Of a stretch of DNA of 64,000 nucleotides, positions 55,562 through 64,000 are shown piece by piece; positions within the stretch are counted from its first letter, which is position 1, and each line of letters begins with the position of its first letter. Source of the DNA: Patescibacteria group bacterium (GTDB lineage: Bacteria > Patescibacteriota > Patescibacteriia > UBA10025 > JAHIVO01). Where the stretch lies: NCBI GenBank assembly GCA_049325535.1, contig JBMOKY010000001.1, positions 557,942 through 621,941 of the forward strand. Direction: 5' to 3'. The translations under genes and the position numbers were made by a program. The notes under the pieces were generated by a model. It was not told where the DNA came from. It saw only the letters and a list, made by a program, of their open reading frames with translations, and did no database searches.

Positions 55562-56560
55562 TTATTTATTAAAATGGATAAATTTTTTGAATTGATATGA
55601 AACCACGGTGCGGCGATCTGATTTCGTTAGGAGACCGTGTTTCGCGCCGATCTTTCCGATCACTGCTCCTGCATTATGTATGGCTAATGCCGCTGACCTC
55701 TCAAAATTTCCCCGATATCGTATCATCCCGGCCAAAAAACCAGAACCGAACGCGTCCCCCGCACCTGTCATGTCCACACCATGCACTGGATGTATTATAA
55801 CATGTCCGGCGGTCTTGTCCATCAAATAATACGCTCCTGCCGCACCATCGGTTATCCAAATAATACCTGGGGTAAAATCACGAAGTCGACTGAGCATCCC
55901 CGGTATATTGCTGTATGCGCGCCCAGCAAGCGCAGCTGCTTCTTCACGATTTACCAGCACTATATCGACATACCGCATCAATGAACGCAAGCGTTTGCTG
56001 TGATCAACTATTTCACGCTTACCAGGGTTTATCATGATACGTGCCTTATGATCATGGGCGAGATGGATTGCCTTTGACAGTGCCGATACATTTCCTCCAA
56101 GAGAAGTCAGATACACCCACTGCGTTTTTTTGAAGATTGCCGGCGTCAGCTCAGCCGGACGGAAAACCTGAGTAGCCCCACGATATACCAGTATCGTTCG
56201 CTCGCCGGTGCGGCCGAGAAAAATGATACCCTGTCCAGTACGCTCTTTCCGATCCACGATCAGATGAGCGGCGATACCGCGTCGTTTCAATTCATGACGA
56301 ACATCGACCCCGGCACCGTCACTTCCAATTCGCGCAACACAAGCGGTACGCAAATCTTGATTTCGAAAAGTAGCCGCGGCATTCGTGGCCCCTCCGCCTA
56401 TTTCGAAAAAGATATCGTCTAGCTCGATTTTGGTCCCAAAACTGAAAAACTCAGCCAGTCCCGAAACACGGCGAGGATCCTCCTGCACATGAAACTTCGT
56501 GCTAAACACGTAAATATCCTGAGTTGCCGATCCGATAGTGGTGACGTCGTACGTACGCAT
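55562..56560 (-). CDS. PfkB-family carbohydrate/nucleoside kinase (ribokinase-like)
   Basis: GGGATNAAATF and DMTGAGDAFGSGFLAG signatures. Confidence 0.8.
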   Translation of the reverse strand: MRTYDVTTIGSATQDIYVFSTKFHVQEDPRRVSGLAEFFSFGTKIELDDIFFEIGGGATNAAATFRNQDLRTACVARIGSDGAGVDVRHELKRRGIAAHLIVDRKERTGQGIIFLGRTGERTILVYRGATQVFRPAELTPAIFKKTQWVYLTSLGGNVSALSKAIHLAHDHKARIMINPGKREIVDHSKRLRSLMRYVDIVLVNREEAAALAGRAYSNIPGMLSRLRDFTPGIIWITDGAAGAYYLMDKTAGHVIIHPVHGVDMTGAGDAFGSGFLAGMIRYRGNFERSAALAIHNAGAVIGKIGAKHGLLTKSDRRTVVSYQFKKFIHFNK

Positions 56561-56562
56561 AA

Positions 56563-58416
56563 TTAAACGAGAGTGAGTGCTGCCTGTATGATAGCACGTT
56601 TATCAATACCTTCGTAGGCCAGCAGCCGTTCGGGCGGTCCGCTTCGTGGCATTTTGGTAACGGCCAGAGACACAATCGGAACACGGGAGCCATAGAGCGC
56701 GCTTTTTATCGACTCCCCAATGCCGCCAGCCAGATAATGATCCTCAACAACAATCATACCGCGAGTTTCCTTCAGTGCACGACGGAGCGTAGGCTGATCA
56801 AGTGGCTTTATGCTGTACACATCGATGACGCGCGCCCACACACCATACCGTGAACGTAATTCATCATAGGCAGATAGTGCCTGATGGAGCGTGACCCCAG
56901 CGGCCACGATGGTAATCTGATCACGTTTGCTCCGCCGAAGGGTATGGCTCCCGCCGATTCGAAAACGGGAGCTGAACGAATACACCGGTGGCAGAGTTGA
57001 ACGAGTGCTCCGCACATACGTGATACCTGACTGCTGAAGTGCTAATCGGACGAGCTGACGAGCGGATATGGCATCCCCGGGATACAGTACCACTGAATTA
57101 TGAAGGCTCCGAAATAATGAAATATCTTCGAGCGCCATTTGTGACGGGCCGTCCTTACCAATAGCCACGCCCGGATGCGACCCAATGCATAGCAATGGAA
57201 CAGCGGCATACTGGGCCATCCGAATCTGATCAACGGCGCGGGTAAAAAAAGCGGCGAATGTTGAAATGACGGGCCGCATTCCGCGACGAGCCATCCCGAC
57301 GGCTACGCCAACCATATTCTGCTCGGCTATGAACATTTCAAAAAAACGGGATGGTAGGGCCGTACGACACACGTCAAATTTTGTCGAATTGCTCACTTCC
57401 GCATCCAAAACCACAATCCTTTGATTCCGCTTGCCCGCCTGAGCAACCGCCAATCCGCATGCTTCACGAATACTCATTGAGCGATGGGGGGCAGACAGCA
57501 TGACCGAAGGATTATGTAGCAGTCGTCGAGCTTTTCGATTGAGCGGGGCGACAACTGTACCTCGGATTGCGGAATTTGTTTTTGGGAATTCTATAAGCGC
57601 CCTGCGGTATTGCTCTGGATACAGCGCCTTTCCATGCCATCCATTTTTATTTTCCATAAATGAAATCCCCTTACCTTTTATAGTCCGGGCGATTATCATA
57701 GTCGGACGGGCACTCGTGAGCGAACGGCGATAGACGCGGAGAAGCTCAACCAACGAGTGACCGTCAACGATATGTGTATTCCAGCCAAAAGCTGCGATAC
57801 GGCGACGATAGGCGGAAACATTATGGCCGTACATCGTTTCTCCCCGCTGTCCGAGACGATTGACGTCAATGATGCCGGTCAGTGAACGTAACCGATAGTG
57901 TGCGGCTAACTGGATTGCCTCCCAGTTTGACCCTTCGGCCAGTTCACTGTCACCGAGCAATACATACGTTCGGTAGGGCAGCCGCGCCACGTGCTCAGCA
58001 TACAGCGCCTCCCCCACTCCAATCGACAATCCCTGCCCCAGTGACCCAGTCGGAGCCTCTGTAAAAGAAAATCGCATGCCGGGATGACCCTCGAGTTCAC
58101 TGTCAAACTGACGGAAGGTATCCAGTTTTTTTGGATTTACACCGCCCGCCGCCGCCCATAATGCATAAAACAGTGGTGAAGCATGGCCTTTCGAGAATAT
58201 CAATCGATCGTTATTCTGGTACTGGGGCCGCCGCAGATCGAAACGAAATATTCCGCCGAACATCAATGCCACCATCAATTCAACCGCGGACAGTGATGAA
58301 GAAAGATGCCCAGACTGTGCCCGGCTGGTCATCTGGGTCATCCACAGACGGATCAGAGCACTGACCGATTCCAGCCGATGCTCGAGAATATTATTTTGGA
58401 ATTTTTTCCCAGTCAT
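56563..58416 (-). CDS. tkt: Transketolase (full-length, fused N and C halves)
   Basis: SGHLSSSLSAVELMVAL, TPP/Mg motif GDSELAEGSNWEA, and a C-terminal Pyr/TK_C. Start placed at ATG 58416 (MTGKKFQ...), a 26-nt overlap with tal. The longer ORF extends to 58491. Confidence 0.8.
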   Translation of the reverse strand: MTGKKFQNNILEHRLESVSALIRLWMTQMTSRAQSGHLSSSLSAVELMVALMFGGIFRFDLRRPQYQNNDRLIFSKGHASPLFYALWAAAGGVNPKKLDTFRQFDSELEGHPGMRFSFTEAPTGSLGQGLSIGVGEALYAEHVARLPYRTYVLLGDSELAEGSNWEAIQLAAHYRLRSLTGIIDVNRLGQRGETMYGHNVSAYRRRIAAFGWNTHIVDGHSLVELLRVYRRSLTSARPTMIIARTIKGKGISFMENKNGWHGKALYPEQYRRALIEFPKTNSAIRGTVVAPLNRKARRLLHNPSVMLSAPHRSMSIREACGLAVAQAGKRNQRIVVLDAEVSNSTKFDVCRTALPSRFFEMFIAEQNMVGVAVGMARRGMRPVISTFAAFFTRAVDQIRMAQYAAVPLLCIGSHPGVAIGKDGPSQMALEDISLFRSLHNSVVLYPGDAISARQLVRLALQQSGITYVRSTRSTLPPVYSFSSRFRIGGSHTLRRSKRDQITIVAAGVTLHQALSAYDELRSRYGVWARVIDVYSIKPLDQPTLRRALKETRGMIVVEDHYLAGGIGESIKSALYGSRVPIVSLAVTKMPRSGPPERLLAYEGIDKRAIIQAALTLV

Positions 58417-59059
58417 CGAGAAATTTTTTAATTCCCTTATCGGTTGCTGGATCACGATACATCTGTACCAGCACCTTTGACGGTACGGCAATCGCCGGTA
58501 TCACTGCCGTCTGCCCCTGAAAATTCAGGGTCAGAACTTTTTCCACATCTTTTTCAGTGCTGATCCCGCCGATAATCACTTCCATCTGATACCCAGCGCG
58601 CTGAACGGCGATCATAATGTCGTGAATCGTGTCGTATTCTGCCGTACTCAGCGCGGTCGTCGTCGCATCAAACACCGTAATAGCATGGGCACCTGCGCGG
58701 GCTGCTACCAACGCCTGCGTAACCGAATAAACCGGCGTGACATTTACTTTTATGTTCTTCGCCCGCAATTCCCGCACGGCGAGCAATCCCTCATCAGTCA
58801 TGGGAACCTTCACGACGATATTTTTTGCCAGTTTCGCTACTGTTTTTGCCTCTTCGATAATTTCATCGGCTGTCTGAGATACCACGTAGATATGAACCGG
58901 ACGATCAGAAATAGTGGCCAAAATATCATTGACCACATCCCCCAATCGCCGGTCGGCTTTACTGAGTAATGTCGGATTGGTCGTGATGCCATCGATTAGA
59001 CCTCGTTCTTCGGCCCATTCGATTTCTTTTAATATTGCGGTATCGAGATATACGTTCAT
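58391..59059 (-). CDS. tal: Transaldolase (short FSA/TalC type)
   Basis: MNVYLDTAILKEIEWAEERGLIDGITTNPTL, plus a Schiff-base Lys region. 222 aa. Confidence 0.85.
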   Translation of the reverse strand: MNVYLDTAILKEIEWAEERGLIDGITTNPTLLSKADRRLGDVVNDILATISDRPVHIYVVSQTADEIIEEAKTVAKLAKNIVVKVPMTDEGLLAVRELRAKNIKVNVTPVYSVTQALVAARAGAHAITVFDATTTALSTAEYDTIHDIMIAVQRAGYQMEVIIGGISTEKDVEKVLTLNFQGQTAVIPAIAVPSKVLVQMYRDPATDKGIKKFLDDWEKIPK

Positions 59060-59067
59060 ACCATGTG

Positions 59068-59700
59068 TTAGGTTAATAATTCACGTAAATTATTTAGTAT
59101 CGGTACAGGATCAGCCGCCTGTGATATAAGCGACCCGATGCCAATATCATCGACACCGGCGCGCACGATGTCTTCGATCTGCGCCTCAGTTACGCCGCCA
59201 TCAATCGCAATCTGAATATCGGGAAATTGATTGACGCATTCACGGATTTTGTCCAGCACTGCTGAATTAAATGGCTGACCCTGGCGTCCCGGCGATACGG
59301 ACATAAAAAGAATATTATCCACCATGTCGGCATATTCCTCGAAAGCACTTATGGGCGTCTCGAGGTTATTGGCAAGTCCGACTATAAATCCTGCGTCACG
59401 CAGTGCACGAATTTCATCGGCTGGTTCGAGCAATGGCTCGATGTGAATATACACGCGCTTATACCGGTCTCGCGGAAGCCCGCGCCACCACCGCGAAGGC
59501 TCAGCCACCATCAGGTGCGCTTCCAGGGAAACCGGCGACTGAAGTCTCGCCGCATCCTCCGCGGATATGGAACGCTCACTTACGAAATGCCCATCCATCA
59601 GATCGATTTGAATCCAGTCAACCAGACCTGCCAGACGGTCGAGCTGGGATTGGGCGACAGATACGGAATCAGTAAGAATAGAGGGTATTATTTGTGCCAT
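59068..59700 (-). CDS. rpe: Ribulose-phosphate 3-epimerase
   Basis: IIPSILTDS ... WIQIDLMDGHFV ... a typical RPE TIM barrel. Confidence 0.9.
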   Translation of the reverse strand: MAQIIPSILTDSVSVAQSQLDRLAGLVDWIQIDLMDGHFVSERSISAEDAARLQSPVSLEAHLMVAEPSRWWRGLPRDRYKRVYIHIEPLLEPADEIRALRDAGFIVGLANNLETPISAFEEYADMVDNILFMSVSPGRQGQPFNSAVLDKIRECVNQFPDIQIAIDGGVTEAQIEDIVRAGVDDIGIGSLISQAADPVPILNNLRELLT

Positions 59701-60128
59701 GCGTCGATAATCTTAAACCGTTTCAGCCGACGGGGAACGGCTCGGAACTGGGTGCGCATCCATATGTCGACGATGGCCCGGGACCGGGCAGCTGTGACCT
59801 GCCAAGCAGAAAGCACCAATACATTCGCATTATCATGCGTACGGGCATACTGCGCTTGTCGCTGGGTATGTATCAGAGTCGCCCGTATGCCTGAAAAACG
59901 ATTAGCTGCGATGTCCATACCAAATCCGGTGCCACAAATGAGAATACCCCGGTTACGCGAATTTTTTTTGACTCCGGTGACCACTGACGGTACAAAATCT
60001 GTAAAATCATTTTTTTGGCTTCCCTGATGACTGCCGACATCAGAAAACTTTATACCCTTGGTTTGAAGATATTTTTTGAGCGACTCTTTGAGTTTATATC
60101 CGGCGTAGTCTGAACCTATGTAAAGCAT
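59688..60128 (-). CDS. rpiB: Ribose-5-phosphate isomerase B
   Basis: MLYIGSDYAGYKLK ... ILICGTGFGMDIAANRF. Internal ATG at 60128 preferred. The N-terminal extension to 60209 would overlap the upstream gene. Confidence 0.8.
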   Translation of the reverse strand: MLYIGSDYAGYKLKESLKKYLQTKGIKFSDVGSHQGSQKNDFTDFVPSVVTGVKKNSRNRGILICGTGFGMDIAANRFSGIRATLIHTQRQAQYARTHDNANVLVLSAWQVTAARSRAIVDIWMRTQFRAVPRRLKRFKIIDAWHK

Positions 60129-60129
60129 A

Positions 60130-60501
60130 TTATGAATATGAAGATGGTTTTTTGCCGATATTAATAATCGCGCACCCGAGCGTCGGTTGGAGTCCCAGCT
60201 CCCGGGCACGAGCGATCAGGTCGTCACTTTCGCTGCCTGGATTGAAAAAAACTTCTCGGGGAGCACAAGCTGCAATCTCATTGATGATGGCCATGCCCGC
60301 CGCAGGAGGCAGATACAGAGCCACCCGATTAATCGGTTTGCCGACGTCGGCAACATGGGCAAAGGCAGGTATGCCTTCGATGGTCTTTTCGTGAAGATTA
60401 ATCGGATAGACTGTCCATCCAGCCTCGAGATACGCACGGACCGCTTTATTACCATACTTTGACCGGTTAGCTGACGCGCCAATGATAGCAACGCTGGGCA
60501 T
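60130..60501 (-). CDS. CoA-binding domain protein (YccU-like)
   Basis: VAIIGASANRSKYGNKAV Rossmann-like CoA-binding N-terminus. 123 aa. Confidence 0.7.
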   Translation of the reverse strand: MPSVAIIGASANRSKYGNKAVRAYLEAGWTVYPINLHEKTIEGIPAFAHVADVGKPINRVALYLPPAAGMAIINEIAACAPREVFFNPGSESDDLIARARELGLQPTLGCAIINIGKKPSSYS

Positions 60502-60504
60502 ACC

Positions 60505-61899
60505 TTATAGTTTCTTATCAGATGACTGGTGAATGGGCAAAAGAATGGTGACGTGCGTCCCGACATGTTCGATACTATCCAGAAAAATCTCTCCCCCCAT
60601 GATACGGACCAGTTCCCGTGTGATCCATAATCCCAGTCCGGTACCGGTAATTTTGTCAGTTTGAGATGAACGTACGCGGTAAAACTTTTCAAACAATTTA
60701 TCTCTGTCTTTTGCGGCAATTCCTATTCCGGTGTCGGATATTTTGATGCGCACCATCGAATTTTTATCCCGAATTTCATCAACAGCCACCGTCACCTTTC
60801 CATGCATCGTATATTTTATAGCATTGCTCAGAAGGTTGACTAAAATTTGCTGCAAACGGCTAGCGTCAGCCTGCACGGGTGGGATGTGGGGTTGAATCGC
60901 CTTTACCAGGGAGAGGCCCTTTTCATCAGCTTGGTGCTGAAACGTTTGGATGACTTGAGTAAGCAATACTTCTACATTGACTGCAGTTATATGTAAGCTA
61001 ACCCGGCCTTGCTCAATACGTGATACCTCAAGCAGATCCTCGACGAGATCGTGCAGGCGCTCACCTTCTGCCCGTACCATGAGCAGCTTCTTCCGCGCTT
61101 CATCAGGTATTACGCCAAATGAGCCATCAAGTAACATCTGCAGGTATCCACGAATGCCGGTAATCGGTGCGCGTAACTCATGTGAAGCCATGGAAATAAA
61201 TTCATCCTTCATTTCATCAAGTTCTTTCAATTTTTTTAGAAGGAGGGTATTTCGATACAGTCGGGTGTTATTTGCCAGCAGCAATATGATAATCACGATC
61301 GAAATAACTAAAATCACCAGCGACCGATTTAAATTTTGCTGAACCAACTCATCTACTACCCTCGACGATACTTTCATAGTAACTACCGCTATCTTTTCCC
61401 CACTCATATCCGTGACAGTTCGTACGACCACCCAAAACCGTTCCGAACCAAGCTGTGTGGGATCTTCAGTAGAACGGGCGGCGGATGTGGTGGTATACGC
61501 GATCGGCTCTTCTGTCTGCCATGCAATAGTATTGTAGAGATATGTAGACGGAGTATTGACCCGACTCTGGTCCAGACTTGCGACAATGCGAAATCCATCT
61601 CCATCAGGAATTAGAACGTCCAAGCTTCTGATTTCATCATTACGGGCCGCCAAATCACTCACGCGCTGCTGTAGCGCCTGCGGGTCGTCGAGCACCGTCG
61701 GAACCTCCTGGCTAAAAACGCTGGCTGCCAGTGAAGCTTTTCGCTGCAGCTCAATGTCAATGATGTCATTTGTTCGATTTGTTTGCAGCAGCGTATTGAC
61801 GACGAGTGCCGCGGGTATCAAAATAAAAAGAAGGATTCCATACATAAACTGAAAATTCTCTCGCAGTACCTTCACGCTGTTGCGAAAATGTAGTTTCAT
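60505..61899 (-). CDS. Sensor histidine kinase (membrane, HisKA + HATPase_c)
   Basis: H-box MASHELRAPITGIRGY. N, G1 and G2 boxes (DTGIGIAAKDRDKLFEKFYR, GTGLGLWI). Two TM helices flanking a periplasmic domain. No response regulator lies in the window. Confidence 0.85.
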   Translation of the reverse strand: MKLHFRNSVKVLRENFQFMYGILLFILIPAALVVNTLLQTNRTNDIIDIELQRKASLAASVFSQEVPTVLDDPQALQQRVSDLAARNDEIRSLDVLIPDGDGFRIVASLDQSRVNTPSTYLYNTIAWQTEEPIAYTTTSAARSTEDPTQLGSERFWVVVRTVTDMSGEKIAVVTMKVSSRVVDELVQQNLNRSLVILVISIVIIILLLANNTRLYRNTLLLKKLKELDEMKDEFISMASHELRAPITGIRGYLQMLLDGSFGVIPDEARKKLLMVRAEGERLHDLVEDLLEVSRIEQGRVSLHITAVNVEVLLTQVIQTFQHQADEKGLSLVKAIQPHIPPVQADASRLQQILVNLLSNAIKYTMHGKVTVAVDEIRDKNSMVRIKISDTGIGIAAKDRDKLFEKFYRVRSSQTDKITGTGLGLWITRELVRIMGGEIFLDSIEHVGTHVTILLPIHQSSDKKL

Positions 61900-63986
61900 G
61901 CGGGTGAATGTTTGTTCCTTTGCTTCATCAGCCAGCCAATTGCCAGTGCGGCCGTCAGACTGAGAACGATAATAGCGACCATGCGCAGGTAATTGTTGAT
62001 CGACCGATCCTGAGTTTGAGATACGTTTACATCCCCGCGCAAATACTCATCCTCGCTGACCGCCTGAGCTTGGCGGATGAAAAAAGCAAACGGAGCGCTC
62101 TTTTCCTCTATTTTTCCCGTATCATCGGTTACCGTGACATACACTTCATGTTTGCCATCGTCTAATCCTGAATCAAGGGTATATACGAAATTTCCCTGGG
62201 CATCAGTTTTGGTAGTGACCACGATTGGGTTTGAATAGATGTACAGTGTGAGGTAAGTATTGGCAGGGCCAGTTCCGGAAATGACAATTGCGTTGTGTGA
62301 TCCTATCGTTTTATTTTCGATGCGAGCGATAGTAAATAGATCAGGCATGAGGGTGCCTTTTGTAGTTGGTTGCTCCCATACATTTGCTTCCAGTCGCATC
62401 CGAATAGCGTCCGCCTGCTGCTGAGTCAGCCGCCCAAGAGCTACCAGTCGAGCCAGCGACTGTGCCGCGCTCGAGCTGGTGGTGCCAAATAATTCGGCGA
62501 CGTCAGAAGTACCATCAGCATTGGTATCGGGGCTATGTACAGCAGTGCCCAGCAGTAATTCTTCCTCATCAGTGGTTCCGTCACCATCGGCATCCGGCTC
62601 GGTAAAATTTTCGACAGGGGGAGATGGCGGTATTGACACTGACCCATCAGGGCCGATAACCAATTCGCTCGTATTTGCCACGGACACTCCGATCACTCCG
62701 CTCATGCCGTATTGACCCGCGGCATTCACTGCGCGAGCATATACAAAATATCCTCCATCTGGAACGTTTTCAGTATCCCAACTCCGTGCCCATATATGGT
62801 CATTTGTCGATGATACGGTAGCTGATCCAATGCGGTATTCAACAGGTGAATCCACAGAACGATAATACATGGTCACTCCGCTGACTTCACCAGACACTTC
62901 AGCACGAATCAGGGCGGTGGCCGAAATCGTCGCACCGTTCCCCGGCTGTATCAAGGTAACGATAGGTACTCCCGGTGGAGGCGAAGCGGTTTCCCCCGTA
63001 GTAGGCGTGGGGGTGGCTGGAGGTGTTTCAGTCGACGGCCCGGCCGGTACCGCGCAGGATTGAGATTCAGTGCGCGTATTACCACATCCATCAGAGCAAA
63101 CCCGTGTCTGTATCCCAGCTGACGAACAGGCGATCCAATCAGTACAGGTCCATGCCGCCGTACAGGTCGTATTGTAAATACTGAGAGGCGCCAGCGCTAC
63201 ATTTTCCAGCTGCATGCCACTGCGTGTCTGTATGGATACTAAGATTGTATTTGTCCCATTTGAGACATTACGGCTATCCCATTCGGCACTCCACTGAGAT
63301 GAAATGTACTGCTGCCCTCCGGTTCGAAGCATGTTTATCACCGGCTGGTTTGATCCTTCGATAGAGAAGCGGGCTGCTGCCAAATCACCACTTGCCGAAA
63401 ATGATACGGGAATAATGCCACTCACCTGAGAGCCGGCGGTCGGGTGCGTGATTTGAAAGGTGTTTGAAACAGTCAGCGGCCCAAACAACCCGGTACTGCT
63501 GCCGGGTGACATCAATATCGCATCACCAGACGGAGTGTGAGCACGAAAACCGACCTGATACCGACCATTTGGAAGGTCAAGCGTATCACAATACATTGAC
63601 CAGCGGAACAAAGTATCCGTTGATTGATTGGTACAGTGCAGCGTACGAGTGAGACCGCCCTGGACATACGCATCCACGTCAACTCCGGTAATAGTGGATA
63701 CTCCCTCGCCGCTAAAACGGATGACAAAACGAGTCTGCCCAAATATAGGGGCTTGGGTGGCTGAACTGACATCCGGTGATTCGAGATACACAACCAGCTG
63801 TGGAGGGGTATCAGTGTTGATTTGCGCTCGTGCAGGGTGAATCACGCCAATCACAAAAAGGTAACCAATGGCAGCTATACCCATTAGTCCAGTACCGATG
63901 GCTATTTTTTTTGTTTTATTTGCCATCATGGCATTTTTATTAGCCTCTAGTTTCGCTAGGATACCATAAAAACCTCGAAAAGTCAA
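61896..63986 (-). CDS. Large cell-surface protein: signal peptide, Ig-like/Cys-rich modules, thrombospondin-type-3-like repeats, C-terminal TM anchor
   Basis: 696 aa. A Cys-rich block (CTAAWTCTDWIACSSAGIQTRVCSDGCGNTRTESQSC), DADGDGTTDEEELLLG / DTNADGTSDVAELFG Ca-binding-like repeats, and a C-terminal hydrophobic anchor. Overlaps the HK start by 4 nt. Confidence 0.5.
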   Translation of the reverse strand: MTFRGFYGILAKLEANKNAMMANKTKKIAIGTGLMGIAAIGYLFVIGVIHPARAQINTDTPPQLVVYLESPDVSSATQAPIFGQTRFVIRFSGEGVSTITGVDVDAYVQGGLTRTLHCTNQSTDTLFRWSMYCDTLDLPNGRYQVGFRAHTPSGDAILMSPGSSTGLFGPLTVSNTFQITHPTAGSQVSGIIPVSFSASGDLAAARFSIEGSNQPVINMLRTGGQQYISSQWSAEWDSRNVSNGTNTILVSIQTRSGMQLENVALAPLSIYNTTCTAAWTCTDWIACSSAGIQTRVCSDGCGNTRTESQSCAVPAGPSTETPPATPTPTTGETASPPPGVPIVTLIQPGNGATISATALIRAEVSGEVSGVTMYYRSVDSPVEYRIGSATVSSTNDHIWARSWDTENVPDGGYFVYARAVNAAGQYGMSGVIGVSVANTSELVIGPDGSVSIPPSPPVENFTEPDADGDGTTDEEELLLGTAVHSPDTNADGTSDVAELFGTTSSSAAQSLARLVALGRLTQQQADAIRMRLEANVWEQPTTKGTLMPDLFTIARIENKTIGSHNAIVISGTGPANTYLTLYIYSNPIVVTTKTDAQGNFVYTLDSGLDDGKHEVYVTVTDDTGKIEEKSAPFAFFIRQAQAVSEDEYLRGDVNVSQTQDRSINNYLRMVAIIVLSLTAALAIGWLMKQRNKHSPA

Positions 63987-64000
63987 AAAGACGCAGGATA

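Noticed and set aside
58417-58491. Longer tkt start at 58491 (MPYRQRCWYR...)
   Set aside because: It would overlap tal by 101 nt, and its N-terminal peptide is Cys/Arg/Trp-rich and unlike transketolase. The ATG at 58416 gives MTGKKFQNNILEH..., consistent with a TK N-terminus. The choice is not certain.
1-64000. Search for CRISPR arrays, tRNA, tmRNA, RNase P RNA and rRNA
   Set aside because: No regularly spaced direct repeats were seen. No GTTCGAATCC-type T-loops with acceptor stems appear in the intergenic regions. No conserved RNase P, tmRNA or SRP motifs were found. A by-eye scan cannot exclude short ncRNAs.

Overview
This 64 kb window is gene-dense bacterial chromosome with an average GC near 47-50%. 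No rRNA, tRNA or CRISPR array was recognisable by eye. Most core genes have no Shine-Dalgarno sequence and many overlap by a few bases. Gene content suggests a small-genome, Patescibacteria/CPR-like organism (inference): a minimal ProRS without the editing domain, two MreB paralogues, a DUF4012 protein, a non-oxidative pentose-phosphate operon next to a PfkB sugar/nucleoside kinase, and many small secreted or membrane hypothetical proteins.

Recognisable core blocks:
- Cell shape and envelope: DUF4012 protein, MreB-like paralogue, GT4 glycosyltransferase and holB at the 5' end. mreB, mreC, mreD and the PBP2 gene mrdA form an operon. alr, a small zinc-ribbon gene, ddl and an FtsQ-like gene form a dcw-like fragment. 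Two M23 peptidases (one fused to FG-GAP propeller repeats, one EnvC-like with a coiled coil), a GT26 TagA/WecG-like enzyme, a processive GT2, a DUF2207 protein and rlmH are also present.
- Translation: frr, rseP, proS, greA, lysS, serS, gltX, def, fmt.
- Carbon metabolism, on the minus strand: rpiB, rpe, tal, tkt and a PfkB kinase, preceded by a CoA-binding protein, an orphan sensor histidine kinase and a 696-aa surface protein.

Accessory region, about 22.6-33.8 kb, lying between hup and the M23/FG-GAP gene:
- It is compositionally mosaic.
- It contains a tyrosine integrase whose last ~17 codons are tandemly duplicated and diverged just downstream.
- Directly after the integrase is a sharply AT-rich insertion of about 2 kb. 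Its genes are a HEPN-like protein, a small coiled-coil/TM protein, a nucleoside 2-deoxyribosyltransferase/DNPH1-like protein and two paralogous small membrane proteins. This is the best candidate in the window for an uncharacterised defence or toxin module.
- Next comes a tightly overlapped five-gene operon: GNAT, SAM-MTase, IMPase-family, SAM-MTase, EamA exporter.
- Several accessory genes carry strong AGGAGG ribosome-binding sites, unlike the core genes.

Other notable points:
- The PriA homologue has both its Walker A and DExH motifs mutated and is predicted ATPase-dead.
- The ProRS editing-domain slot holds a CxxC...CxxC zinc ribbon.
- Two tandem, SD-driven, Cys-rich mini-genes lie in a 0.7 kb gap that looks intergenic in the ORF track.
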